In this document: positions 8,829 through 18,800 of the stretch, in pieces
Layout: every line of letters starts with the position of its first letter
Numbering within the stretch: the stretch's first letter is position 1
Assembly: GCF_900292045.1 (NCBI RefSeq)
Contig: NZ_OLMS01000003.1
Coordinates: forward strand, 189,570 to 253,569
DNA length: 64,000 nt
Reading direction: 5' to 3'
Source: Parabacteroides pacaensis
GTDB taxonomy: Bacteria; Bacteroidota; Bacteroidia; Bacteroidales; Tannerellaceae
Translations under genes and position numbers: made by a program
Notes under the pieces: generated by a model
What the model was told of the DNA's origin: nothing
Seen by the model: only the letters and a program-made list of their open reading frames with translations
Databases searched by the model: none

Positions 8829-9995
8829 CTATTTCTTATGCTTCACCAACATAATAACCGAATTGGATTCTTCATTCAAAGTCGCTGCAATCTCTTTGAG
8901 TTTTCCTTGCAGCCATCCTTTCTCATAAGCCGTAACAAGCTGGTAAGCCTCTAGAAGTTCCCATGAGTCGACATCGTGATCTACAGGCCTTAACTGATTC
9001 ATGTATACTTCTTTTTTGATTGAATAGTCGCCATTGTATACCGTATATGTAAAAAAGGCCTTCTCTTGCCTGTCATACATAAAGTACTCCCTCGGAAAAC
9101 CTGTATTGTTATCAAAGTCCCATACATTTTTTGCAGTCTCCATGAAATAGTAACGGTCGCAAGGCAACCTCAAGAACATAAAAACTTCCGGGTTCATGGA
9201 TTGTATGGATGGGCTTCTCACCATAAAAGGTCGCAAGCTGTAATCCGGTAACAAGGAATAGATGGTATCCGATGAAAGTTCTAGTAACATCCAGTTGCCT
9301 TTGAACGGAATTATGGTACGATAAGGGCCGGGAGAGATGGATAGCGTACTATTTTCACCGGTTTGCTTCGTTATCGTAGCTTGTTTTTTCTCTTTATATG
9401 GAATCTTAATATCTTGGGTAATACTTCCATCCTGTTTGGATATGAGAACAAAAGGTATTTCTTTATTGTATTTGTCATAGCAAATCAGATGATCATTATC
9501 ATAATTGAATATATCCGTATAAAATAGAGATCCGTTCCCTTCTTTGTGCCTAAGAGTTCTTTTGAAATTTCCATCCAAATCATAGACCTGGATCTTTCTT
9601 ATATAATGGTCATTAACATACATTTCCTTGTTACTTTCATCCAAGGTTATTCCTAATATATTGGTATATTCTTCAGCACCTTGTCCCTTTCGGTTAATTT
9701 TCCGTAAAGCTTTTCCCGTTCTATTGTAAACAAAAATGTCCCCATCGGAGTTTCGATTTCTTACTAATATGAATTCTTTGCCTATAGCCTGCACAAAGCC
9801 TTGGTTAATAAACTCATCATTCGTTTCCAGTGGAATATATTCCACATCCATAAAGTCTTGAAGAATCAGCTCCTTTTTGTTCGAAGGAGTGTTTGTAACG
9901 TCCACAGTAAGGAAAGCATCTTCTGATTGTTTGTTGTCACCGCATCCTGCCGTTATCAACAGGATAATTGCTAAAATTGTGTTTGTGCCTTTCAT
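8829..9995 (-). CDS. BF3164-family-like beta-propeller lipoprotein (paralog 3)
   Basis: The tracked ORF runs 8829-10055. The likely start is the ATG at 9995 (MKGTNTILAIILLITAGCG), which restores the signal peptide and lipobox and matches the N-terminus of its neighbour. Confidence 0.6.
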   Translation of the reverse strand: MKGTNTILAIILLITAGCGDNKQSEDAFLTVDVTNTPSNKKELILQDFMDVEYIPLETNDEFINQGFVQAIGKEFILVRNRNSDGDIFVYNRTGKALRKINRKGQGAEEYTNILGITLDESNKEMYVNDHYIRKIQVYDLDGNFKRTLRHKEGNGSLFYTDIFNYDNDHLICYDKYNKEIPFVLISKQDGSITQDIKIPYKEKKQATITKQTGENSTLSISPGPYRTIIPFKGNWMLLELSSDTIYSLLPDYSLRPFMVRSPSIQSMNPEVFMFLRLPCDRYYFMETAKNVWDFDNNTGFPREYFMYDRQEKAFFTYTVYNGDYSIKKEVYMNQLRPVDHDVDSWELLEAYQLVTAYEKGWLQGKLKEIAATLNEESNSVIMLVKHKK

Positions 9996-10130
9996 GTCTT
10001 TATATATTAAAGTAACCCTTTTGCTCCAAATATAAACAAATGATTTGAAAAACAAACAAGAAAGAAGATAAATTTATTGCTATAGACCGATAAAAACAGA
10101 AACAAGAAAGGGAATGGGAGTAGGATAAAT

Positions 10131-10168
10131 AAAAAAAGAGAACCACAACCAGTATGATTCTCTTTTTT
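10131..10168. terminator. Bidirectional intrinsic terminator-like hairpin (AAGAGAA..TTCTCTT flanked by A and T runs) at the 3' side of the tRNA-Asn pair
   Basis: A 7-bp stem with T-runs on both strands lies immediately beyond the 3' end of the minus-strand tRNA at 10173. Confidence 0.4.
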
Positions 10169-10172
10169 GCAG

Positions 10173-10246
10173 CTCTTCCTCTTGGACTTGAACCAAGGAC
10201 CCTCTGATTAACAGTCAGATGCTCTAACCGACTGAGCTAAGGAAGA
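10173..10246 (-). tRNA. tRNA-Asn (anticodon GTT)
   Basis: The reverse complement folds as a cloverleaf: acceptor TCTTCCT/AGGAAGA, D-arm GCTCAGTCGGTTAGAGC, anticodon loop CTGTTAA (GTT), T-arm GGTCC..TTCAAGT..GGACC, discriminator G. No CCA is encoded. Confidence 0.9.
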
Positions 10247-10273
10247 ATAGAATAATGATTTCCGCAAATTTCG

Positions 10274-10347
10274 CTCTTCCTCTTGGACTTGAACCAAGGA
10301 CCCTCTGATTAACAGTCAGATGCTCTAACCAACTGAGCTAAGGAAGA
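10274..10347 (-). tRNA. tRNA-Asn (anticodon GTT), tandem second copy
   Basis: It is identical to the first copy apart from one D-loop substitution (AGTTGG instead of AGTCGG). Confidence 0.9.
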
Positions 10348-10453
10348 ATCAAAACTAATTTCTTCTAAGGAATTACCCCTTCTGAAATTGCACTGCAAAA
10401 GTAGATGCTTTTTTTGAATTATGCAATATCTTTGCAGAAAAAAATAGTAAAAA

Positions 10454-11431
10454 ATGAAAACAATAGGATTAGGGAACGCACTGGTAGATGTATTACTCCG
10501 GTTAGACAGTGACGAAGTATTAAAAGAAGTAGGTATCGAAAAGGGAGCTATGGACTTGATAGACAGAAATAAAATGCTTGTAATACGAAAAGCCCGTCAA
10601 CAATTGGAAAGTAATACGGCTCCGGGTGGTTCTGTGTCTAATTCTATGAGGGCAATGGCCCGGCTAGGGGCTCATACGGGTTATATCGGTAAAACCGGAA
10701 CGGATGAGTTGTCCGATTTTTATGAAGAAGAGTTGAGGAAAGCTGGCGTTACCCCTCATTTAATCAAAGTTCCCGGAGAAACTGGTAGTTCTACTGTCTT
10801 AATTTCACCAGACGGAGAGCGGACAATGGCTACTTATTTAGGTCCGGCTGCCGACCTGGTTGCGGATGAGCTACAGGAAGATATTATCTGTAAATATAAT
10901 TGCATTTATATTGAAGGATATCTGATTGTAAACGGATCGTTGTTGCGGCGTGCGATGGAACTGGCTAAGCAATGCGGACTATTGGTTGCTTTAGACCTGG
11001 CAAACTTTCATGTGGTACGCGGTAATAGGGAACTTTTGCACGAGTTGGTTCCCAAATATGTAGATATTCTTTTCTGCAACGAGAGTGAAGCCGAGGCCTA
11101 TACCGGCCAGCCGGCACGCGAGGCAATCCTCACTCTTTCCAAAGAAGTACAAATTGCTATTGTCACCTTAGGGAAAGAAGGGGCGTTGATTGCTGCGGAA
11201 GGTCAAGTTACGGTTATTCCGGTATCGGGAGGTAAACCGGTAGACACTACCGGTGCCGGCGATCATTTTGCTGCCGGTTTTTTATATGGTTTTACCCGCA
11301 ATGCCACAATTGAACAAAGCGGGCGGATCGGATCTTTACTGGCAGGAAATATTATAGACGTGATAGGTGCGAAGATACCCGACGAACGTTGGGAACAAAT
11401 AAAGTTAAAAGTAAACGAAATATTAGCCTAG
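10454..11431 (+). CDS. PfkB-family carbohydrate/nucleoside kinase (adenosine kinase-like)
   Basis: The protein is 325 aa with the ribokinase-fold motifs (GLGNALVD..., GGSVSNS, DTTGAGD). Confidence 0.75.
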   Translation: MKTIGLGNALVDVLLRLDSDEVLKEVGIEKGAMDLIDRNKMLVIRKARQQLESNTAPGGSVSNSMRAMARLGAHTGYIGKTGTDELSDFYEEELRKAGVTPHLIKVPGETGSSTVLISPDGERTMATYLGPAADLVADELQEDIICKYNCIYIEGYLIVNGSLLRRAMELAKQCGLLVALDLANFHVVRGNRELLHELVPKYVDILFCNESEAEAYTGQPAREAILTLSKEVQIAIVTLGKEGALIAAEGQVTVIPVSGGKPVDTTGAGDHFAAGFLYGFTRNATIEQSGRIGSLLAGNIIDVIGAKIPDERWEQIKLKVNEILA

Positions 11432-11469
11432 CCCTGTTATAATTTTTTACTTTTACCGGGCAAAAAACA

Positions 11470-13200
11470 ATGAGATTATATATGTATAAAGGATGTAAAG
11501 TGAAAAGTATAAAGTGGTTGTTCTGTGTGGCCTTGGCATTAGGTGCTGTAAATATCTTTGCACAAGAAAAAGATAACCGGTTCGAAGTCAGTAAAAATCT
11601 TGATATCTTCAACGCTATCGTAAAAGAAGTGGAGATGTTTTATGTAGACTCTATAGATATAGAACAGACAGTAAATAATGGAATCAACTCCATGCTGAAA
11701 GGGTTGGACCCTTATACGGAATATTTTCCGGAAGATAAATCGGATGTTTTAAAACTGATCGCTACGGGAGAGTATGGAGGAATCGGGTCTATCATTTCCC
11801 AGCGGGATGGCAAAGTAATGATTATAGAGCCTTATGAAGGAATGCCGGCAGCCCTTGCCGGACTGAAAGCCGGAGATGTTTTTCTTTCTATCAATGGCGA
11901 AGATGTAACTAAGAAAACCTCCGGGGAAGTGAGTGAGCTATTGAAAGGAGTTCCTCATACAAAATTAAAGATTAAAGTGCAACGTCCGGGCGAGAAGAAG
12001 CCCAGGGAATTTGAAGTTACCCGCCAATTGGTGGCTGTTAATCCTGTTACTTATTACGGAGTGCGTAATGATAGTATCGGATATATCTATTTACAGACCT
12101 TTAATGAGAAGAGTGCTTCGGAAGTGAAACGAGCTTTGGAGGATTTGAAAAAGAATCATCATATCAAATCTTTGATACTCGATCTTCGGGGGAATGGCGG
12201 CGGTGTATTGGAAGGGGCCGTGCAGTTGGTCAATTTGTTTGTTCCTAAAGGAGAAGTCGTATTGACAACAAAGGGGAAACTGAAGCAAACGGAACGAACT
12301 TATCGTACACCTGCGGAGCCAATAGATACCATGATGCCGATAGCCGTACTTATTAATAGTAACTCGGCTTCTGCTTCCGAGATCGTGTCGGGTGCTTTGC
12401 AAGATTTGGACCGGGCAGTATTGTTAGGACAACGTTCTTATGGGAAAGGATTGGTGCAGTCTACTCGCGACCTCCCTTATAACGGAACTCTTAAAGTGAC
12501 TATTTCCAAATATTATACGCCTAGCGGACGTTGTATTCAGGCAATCGATTATTCACACAGGAATCCTGACGGAAGTGTGGGACCTATGCCTGATAGCTTG
12601 ACTACTGTATTCAAAACTACAAAGGGCCGGTTGGTTCGTGACGGAGGCGGAATTACTCCTGACTTTGAAGTGGAAGAACCTAAATCTCCTACCATGTTGA
12701 TTTATCTTTATCTGGATAATATAATTTTCGATTATGTGACCGAATGGACGCAGAAGCATAAATCCATCCCACCTATTGAAGAGTTTGTTTTTCCGGAAAG
12801 CGATTATGAAGGATTTAAGGAATTTGTGAAAGGAAAGAACTTTACCTACGACCGTCAAAGCGAAAAGCTACTGAAAGAATTAAAAAAGGTAGCGGAAATA
12901 GAAGGTTATATGGATGAAGCTTCTGATGAATATAAAGCTTTGGAGGCAAAGCTTACGCCGGACTTGGACCGGGATCTGAAGCGTTTCAAAAAAGAAATAA
13001 TTAATATGATCTCGGCAGAAATAGCCAAACGTTACTATTACCAGAAAGGCGAAATGATTCAAAGCCTGAAAGATGATGCAGTATTGGATAAAGCTATCGA
13101 AGTGTTAAATAACAGGGAGTTATATAATAAGACACTTACTACGCCGGCTCCGATTGAAAGCCATCTCCCTGTAGAGGAGGATGCGGATGAAAGTAATTGA
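11470..13200 (+). CDS. S41-family C-terminal processing (tail-specific) protease with PDZ domain
   Basis: It has a signal peptide and a PDZ region (GLKAGDVFLSINGEDV). The S41 catalytic region is present (LILDLRGNGGG...SASASE; Ser/Lys dyad context). Confidence 0.85.
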   Translation: MRLYMYKGCKVKSIKWLFCVALALGAVNIFAQEKDNRFEVSKNLDIFNAIVKEVEMFYVDSIDIEQTVNNGINSMLKGLDPYTEYFPEDKSDVLKLIATGEYGGIGSIISQRDGKVMIIEPYEGMPAALAGLKAGDVFLSINGEDVTKKTSGEVSELLKGVPHTKLKIKVQRPGEKKPREFEVTRQLVAVNPVTYYGVRNDSIGYIYLQTFNEKSASEVKRALEDLKKNHHIKSLILDLRGNGGGVLEGAVQLVNLFVPKGEVVLTTKGKLKQTERTYRTPAEPIDTMMPIAVLINSNSASASEIVSGALQDLDRAVLLGQRSYGKGLVQSTRDLPYNGTLKVTISKYYTPSGRCIQAIDYSHRNPDGSVGPMPDSLTTVFKTTKGRLVRDGGGITPDFEVEEPKSPTMLIYLYLDNIIFDYVTEWTQKHKSIPPIEEFVFPESDYEGFKEFVKGKNFTYDRQSEKLLKELKKVAEIEGYMDEASDEYKALEAKLTPDLDRDLKRFKKEIINMISAEIAKRYYYQKGEMIQSLKDDAVLDKAIEVLNNRELYNKTLTTPAPIESHLPVEEDADESN

Positions 13201-13311
13201 TTAAATAAATACTTTTGTCTTCTCCCGAAATCAATTTCTACTTGAGAAGGCTGGATAAACTTGCTAGCTTGGGAAGTAAAAAGCTATCTGGTTAAATAAT
13301 TTGAATGAAAT

Positions 13312-13367
13312 GAAACATCTCCGTTTGATGAAGGATACTCTTCACAGACGGAGATGTTTCGTTTTGC
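13312..13367 (+). terminator. Intrinsic terminator-like hairpin downstream of the protease gene
   Basis: A 13-bp stem GAAACATCTCCGT/ACGGAGATGTTTC is followed by GTTTTG. Confidence 0.4.
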
Positions 13368-13499
13368 TATGGATGACACAGACAGTGGGATGACATAAGC
13401 GGTGAGGTGATAGACGAGGGGAATGACCGTTCTTGGGTTAATTTGTCATTATTCATTTCCTCCTTATACCTTGTTTCATTCATTAGGATCATGAAAGCG

Positions 13500-13590
13500 A
13501 AAGATCATGAACTATTGATCGTCCACCATTTGATACACAATCGTCCACCGAATGGTACACGATCGTCCACCAGCCGGTGGACGGTTAATG
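13500..13590. promoter_or_regulatory. Three direct repeats of (G)ATCGTCCACC spaced ~22 nt apart, ending in the hairpin CGTCCACC-AGCC-GGTGGACG, upstream of the ECF sigma gene
   Basis: The repeats are visible directly in the sequence. The region is ~220 nt upstream of the sigma gene start at 13808. Confidence 0.35.
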
Positions 13591-13807
13591 GTTCGTAATG
13601 AAAATGATAAAAGATAACGAAGAAAGAAATAATTCATCGGCTAATTTATTTTACAAATAGAAGGAAAATAAAAATTAAGTTGGTTTTAAGTTTTCCTTTT
13701 ATTAGCTTTGCCTGTTTTAAATTAGCAAGAAATAATATAAAAATAGAATGAAAGTAATTGATTTGTGATCTGATCCGCCTTTGCTTAAACTTAAATATGA
13801 ATGGATT

Positions 13808-14401
13808 ATGGAAGTAACATCAGAGGATATAACATTGGAGACATGGGAACGATTTCAGCAAGGAGACCCCCAGGCATTCTCTCACTTATACAAACTATAT
13901 GCGCAATGGATGTTTTCGTATGGCATTTATTTTACATCCGACAGGGAACTGGTAAAAGATTGTATTCACGAAGTATTTGTCAGGATCTATACCAAACGGA
14001 AACACTTATCACTGGGAAATATCAAATTCTATATGATTAAATCGTTGAGAAACGAATTATATAATATTTTCAGAGACAATAGAGAAACCTGTAATATTGA
14101 AGAAGAAGCTCTCGCTTTTTCTCCCGTCTATTCGGTAGAAGATATGTATATTGAAAACGAACGCCAAGCCGGTATCAGCGAAAAAGTAGTACAAATGTTG
14201 GCAACCCTCACTCCTCATCAAAAAGAAGTTATTTATTACAGATTCATTGAAGGATTATCCATTAAAGAAATATCCGTGCTGATGGATATGAACTATCAAT
14301 CTGTGCAAAATTTGATCCAACGCTCCATTACTAAACTCAGAAAAGAGTTTGCCGAAATAATTTTATTGTTACTGATACTTCATTTTTTCGTTTTAAAGTG
14401 A
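13808..14401 (+). CDS. ECF-type RNA polymerase sigma-70 factor
   Basis: It has sigma-70 region 2 and region 4 signatures (FSHLYKLYAQWMFSYG...; LTPHQKEVIYYRFIEGLSIKEISVLMDMNYQSVQNLIQRS). The tracked ORF begins at a TTG at 13781. The ATG at 13808 is the likelier start. Confidence 0.8.
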   Translation: MEVTSEDITLETWERFQQGDPQAFSHLYKLYAQWMFSYGIYFTSDRELVKDCIHEVFVRIYTKRKHLSLGNIKFYMIKSLRNELYNIFRDNRETCNIEEEALAFSPVYSVEDMYIENERQAGISEKVVQMLATLTPHQKEVIYYRFIEGLSIKEISVLMDMNYQSVQNLIQRSITKLRKEFAEIILLLLILHFFVLK

Positions 14402-14448
14402 GTATAAATTAAAAGTATTTGTGTTTTTAATATAAGCATATTAGAAAT

Positions 14449-15651
14449 ATGAATACTGACTATAGTAAATACGTAGCTAAAGATTTCTTAGAAGATGAAT
14501 TTTTTATTCAATCCGTTTATTTCCCGACCGAGGAAACATCCCGGTTTTGGGAAACGATGATATGTAACGGATCCATCATAGAAAAAGAATATAAATTAGC
14601 CACACTCTATCTCCAATCGATACAAGTAAAAAGAGAAAAGATGAGTCCGGAAGAAATGGACGAATTATTAGATCGGATAGAGAAAACCATAGAATGCAAG
14701 AAACGTAAGCAAAAGAAATCTTTTTATTGGTATGCCACAGCCGCTTGTATGACAGGACTTATTTGTGCTTCTATCTTTGTTTACAAAAAAGTGCAGGTTA
14801 AACCGGATACGTTCTTGTCTGCCATAGAATCGTTGGAAAAAATAGAAGCGGATAAAGACGTCCAGTTAATATTATCCCCGAAAAATCAAATCTTTATACC
14901 CGACTCCACAGCTACGATCCAATATGCCAAAGAAGGGAAAATTCAAATAAATACCCAGACGGTTCAGAATCTTCCGGAAAAGCAAGAAAAGGCAGAAGAG
15001 ACAAAATATAACCAACTTATTGTGCCTGCAGGTAAACGTTCGGTACTAACCTTTTCCGATAGCACTTGCATTTGGGTAAATGCGAATACTCGCGTCATCT
15101 ATCCGCAAGCGTTTGAAAAAGAGAAAAGGGAAATCTATGTAGACGGAGAAGTGTATTTATCTGTTGCACCGGATAAAACCAGGCCCTTTATTATAAAGAC
15201 TTCGGAAATGCACATCTCCGTCTTGGGAACCACCTTCGACGTTATGGCCTATAAAGGTGATTCCATTCATTCTGTCGTTTTGGTTTGCGGAAGCGTCAAA
15301 GTGGAAAGCGAAGGACATAAAGACGCGATTCTCACTCCTAACGATCAATATCTTAAGAAGAATGATAAGGTAGATATTCATCCGGTAAATGTATCCGATT
15401 ATATTTCATGGAAAGAGGGAATATACCAATACCACAATGTCTCTTTAGATCAAATCTTGCATAAATTATCACGCTATTATGATGTTTCTATTTATATAGA
15501 AGATGCCGGCATATCCCGTTTGACGTGTTCCGGCAAGTTGGAATTAAAGGACGATATCGATCGGGTTTTGGCGGGTCTTGCCGTTACCGTACCCGTTAAA
15601 TATGAGAAAAGAGGGAAAAATTATTATTTTATGTCTAACCCTGAAAATTAA
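14449..15651 (+). CDS. FecR-family anti-sigma factor (transmembrane sensor)
   Basis: The 400-aa protein has a single central TM segment. A FecR/DUF4974-like C-terminal domain is present. It lies between the ECF sigma and an STN-domain SusC. Confidence 0.8.
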   Translation: MNTDYSKYVAKDFLEDEFFIQSVYFPTEETSRFWETMICNGSIIEKEYKLATLYLQSIQVKREKMSPEEMDELLDRIEKTIECKKRKQKKSFYWYATAACMTGLICASIFVYKKVQVKPDTFLSAIESLEKIEADKDVQLILSPKNQIFIPDSTATIQYAKEGKIQINTQTVQNLPEKQEKAEETKYNQLIVPAGKRSVLTFSDSTCIWVNANTRVIYPQAFEKEKREIYVDGEVYLSVAPDKTRPFIIKTSEMHISVLGTTFDVMAYKGDSIHSVVLVCGSVKVESEGHKDAILTPNDQYLKKNDKVDIHPVNVSDYISWKEGIYQYHNVSLDQILHKLSRYYDVSIYIEDAGISRLTCSGKLELKDDIDRVLAGLAVTVPVKYEKRGKNYYFMSNPEN

Positions 15652-15824
15652 TACTGCCTATGGAATAAGACCTGAATAACAAAAAAACCGGGCAATACCC
15701 CTACTGCCCGATTAAGATTTCAAATTTAGTTCTCGAAAGTTAAACTCAAAATCAATACAAAAGTATGATAAAAAAGTCATATGTCTGCATAGTATATACA
15801 GACAAATATAGATTTTTCAGAATT

Positions 15825-18800
15825 ATGAAGTTGATATTTATCTCTTTAGTGATCTTAAATATCCATGTAAAAGCAGATAGTTACCTGCAAAAAGTCCGGA
15901 TTTCTTTGACATTGGAAAATAAATCGGTTCCGGAAGTGTTTAAAGAAATAGAAAAACAAACCGAGTATATCTTTTTCTATTATGATAAGTTTGTGGATGA
16001 AAATTATAAAGTACGGATTGATGTAAAAAATCAAACTTTAGACCAAGTTCTTAATCAAGTTCTAAAAGGCTCTAATGCTACGTATGTAATTGACGGCAGA
16101 CAAGTTTTCATTAAGAAAAAAAATCCGGCTGCTACCATTTCTCTTCCAAGCGAGCCTCAACAAGCTGTTATAGAGTTGAAGGGAAAGGTTATCGATGAAG
16201 AAGGCGAGCCTCTTCCCGGAGTCAATATTATAATAGTAGGAAGCACGCGGGGAGTAGCGACTGATCTGGACGGAACTTTTACCATTAAAGTATCGCCCCA
16301 GGATAAATTATCTGTTTCTTACCTGGGAATGGAAGACCAGATCGTTCCGGTAAAGAAACAGAAAGAAATTATCATTACTTTAAAACCGAAAGTAGACGAA
16401 TTGTCGGAAGTAACCATCGTAGCCTTTGGAAAGCAGAAAAAAGAAAGTACTTTGGCTTCTATTACCACCGTCAAACCTTCGGAACTGAAAGTGCCCAGCT
16501 CTAACCTGACAACTGCTTTAGCCGGGCGTATTTCCGGTTTGGTAGCATATCAGAGAAGCGGAGAACCGGGCGAGGATGATGCAAGCTTTTTTGTCCGGGG
16601 AGTTACTTCTTTTACCTATGCCCGGGGACCTCTTATACTGATAGACGGGGTTGAAATGTCGACTACCGACCTGGCGCGTCTACAACCGGACGATATCGCA
16701 AGTTTTTCTATTATGAAAGATGCGGCGGCTACGGCATTATATGGTGCGCGGGGTGCAAACGGAGTTATCATGGTAACAACAAAAGAAGGGAAAGAAGGAA
16801 AAGCATCTATCTCTTTCAGATATGAAACTTCGTTTTCGTCTCCGACTAAACAAATAGAATTGGCCGATCCGCTTACTTATATGCGGTTAAACAATGAAGC
16901 CGTGCTCACCCGGAACCCGATGCAGTCTGTACCGTATTCCATGGAAAAGATAGACAATACTGCGCGGGGAGCCAATCCTATGATTTACCCAGCTAATGAC
17001 TGGTATAAAATCCTTTTTAAAGATCAAGCCATAAACCACCGGGTGAATTTTAATGTCAGTGGCGGTGGGAAAGTAGCCCGGTATTATATTGCCGGTACGT
17101 TTAGCCAAGATAACGGCGTGATAAAAACAGTAAAAGGAAGCCAGAATAATATCGATTTGAAACGCTACCTGCTGCGCTCCAATATTAATATCAATATGAC
17201 CAAAACCACCGAGGCGGTAGTCCGTTTACATGGCACATTTGACGACTACGGAGGGCCGTTGGATAGCGGAAGCGACCTCTACAGTAAAGTAATGCGAAGT
17301 GATCCCGTAGCCTTTCCTCCTTACTACCAACCGGATGCTGCCAATATGTATAAACAACATATCCTTTTCGGAAATATGGACCAGGGGCAATATATTAATC
17401 CGTATGCCGACATGGTGAAAGGATTTAAGAATTATTCCAAGTCCCTCATGATGGCCCAGTTCGAGCTAAAGCAAAAATTAGATTTTATCACGGAAGGGCT
17501 TTCGGTACGGGGATTATTTAGCACCAACCGTTATTCTTTTTTTGATGTGAAGCGATATTACACCCCTTATTTTTATTCGGTAAGCATGTACGATAAAATC
17601 CGGGATGAATACATATTAAACTCCCTGAATCCGGATAAAGGTTCGGAATGGCTGAAATATGAGGAAGGCAGCAAAGAAGTAAGTACCACCACTTATTTTG
17701 AGGCTGCGGTCAATTATGACCGGACTTTCGCCGAAAAACATGGCGTAAGTGGCTTGCTGGTATATAATATGCGGAATCATTTAACAGGGAATGCCGGTTC
17801 ATTGATGCTTTCTTTACCCAGCCGGAACCTGGGGATATCGGGAAGATTCACTTATAATTATGATAGCCGGTATTTTATGGAATTCAATTTCGGATATAAC
17901 GGCTCGGAACGGTTTGCAAAGAAAGAACGTTTCGGATTTTTCCCTTCCATCGGCGGAGGTTGGATTGTTACCAACGAACCTTTTTGGAAAGATAAAAAGA
18001 CCGCTTTTACGAGAGCTTTTTCAAAGCTAAAACTGAAAGCAACCTACGGATTGGTGGGTAATGATGCGATCGGTGACCAGAACGACCGGTTTTTTTATCA
18101 GTCCGACGTAAATGTCAGCGATTCGAATCGTGCCTATTCGTGGGGAGAAAATTTTAATTATACGGTGAACGGAGTCTCTATTAACCGGTATGCAAACGAC
18201 CTGATCAGTTGGGAAGTTTCTAAAAAGTTTAATTTCGGAATAGAACTGGGACTGTTTAACGCATTAGAGTTGCAAGCGGATGTTTATACGGAAAATCGTT
18301 CCAGTATATTAATGACACGTGCGGATATACCCGCTACAATGGGGCTTCAACGGATTCCGCAAGCAAATATCGGGGAAGCGAGAGGAAAAGGAGTCGACTT
18401 GTCTGCCGACATCAACCACTTTTTCACAAAAGACTTCTGGATTACCGGACGAGTTAATTTTACTTATGCCAAAGCGAAATATAAATTGTATGAAGAAGCG
18501 GATAACTCGCTAACTCCCTGGCTGTCGAAAATAGGATATCCCGTTTCCCAGGAATGGGGATACATTGCCGAAAGATTATTCGTAGACGATCAGGACGTAC
18601 TCAATTCTCCTACCCAGTCTTTCGGAGAATATATGGGCGGTGATATAAAATATAAGGATATAAATGGAGACGACAAGATTACGGAATTGGACAAAGTTCC
18701 TATCGGTTATCCTAAAACTCCGGAAATAATTTATGGCTTCGGATTAAGTACAGGTTACAAAGGGTTCGATTTTTCCTTCTTTTTCCAAGGCTTGGGCCGG

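Noticed and set aside
8829-10055. Upstream 20-codon extension (MFFKSFVYIWSKRVTLIYKD) of the third lipoprotein paralog
   Set aside because: The internal ATG at 9995 reproduces the signal peptide and lipobox and the exact N-terminus of the neighbouring paralog. The extension would bury the signal peptide.
13781-13807. TTG-initiated 5' extension of the ECF sigma ORF
   Set aside because: An in-frame ATG at 13808 gives a canonical sigma N-terminus. The TTG start is unsupported.
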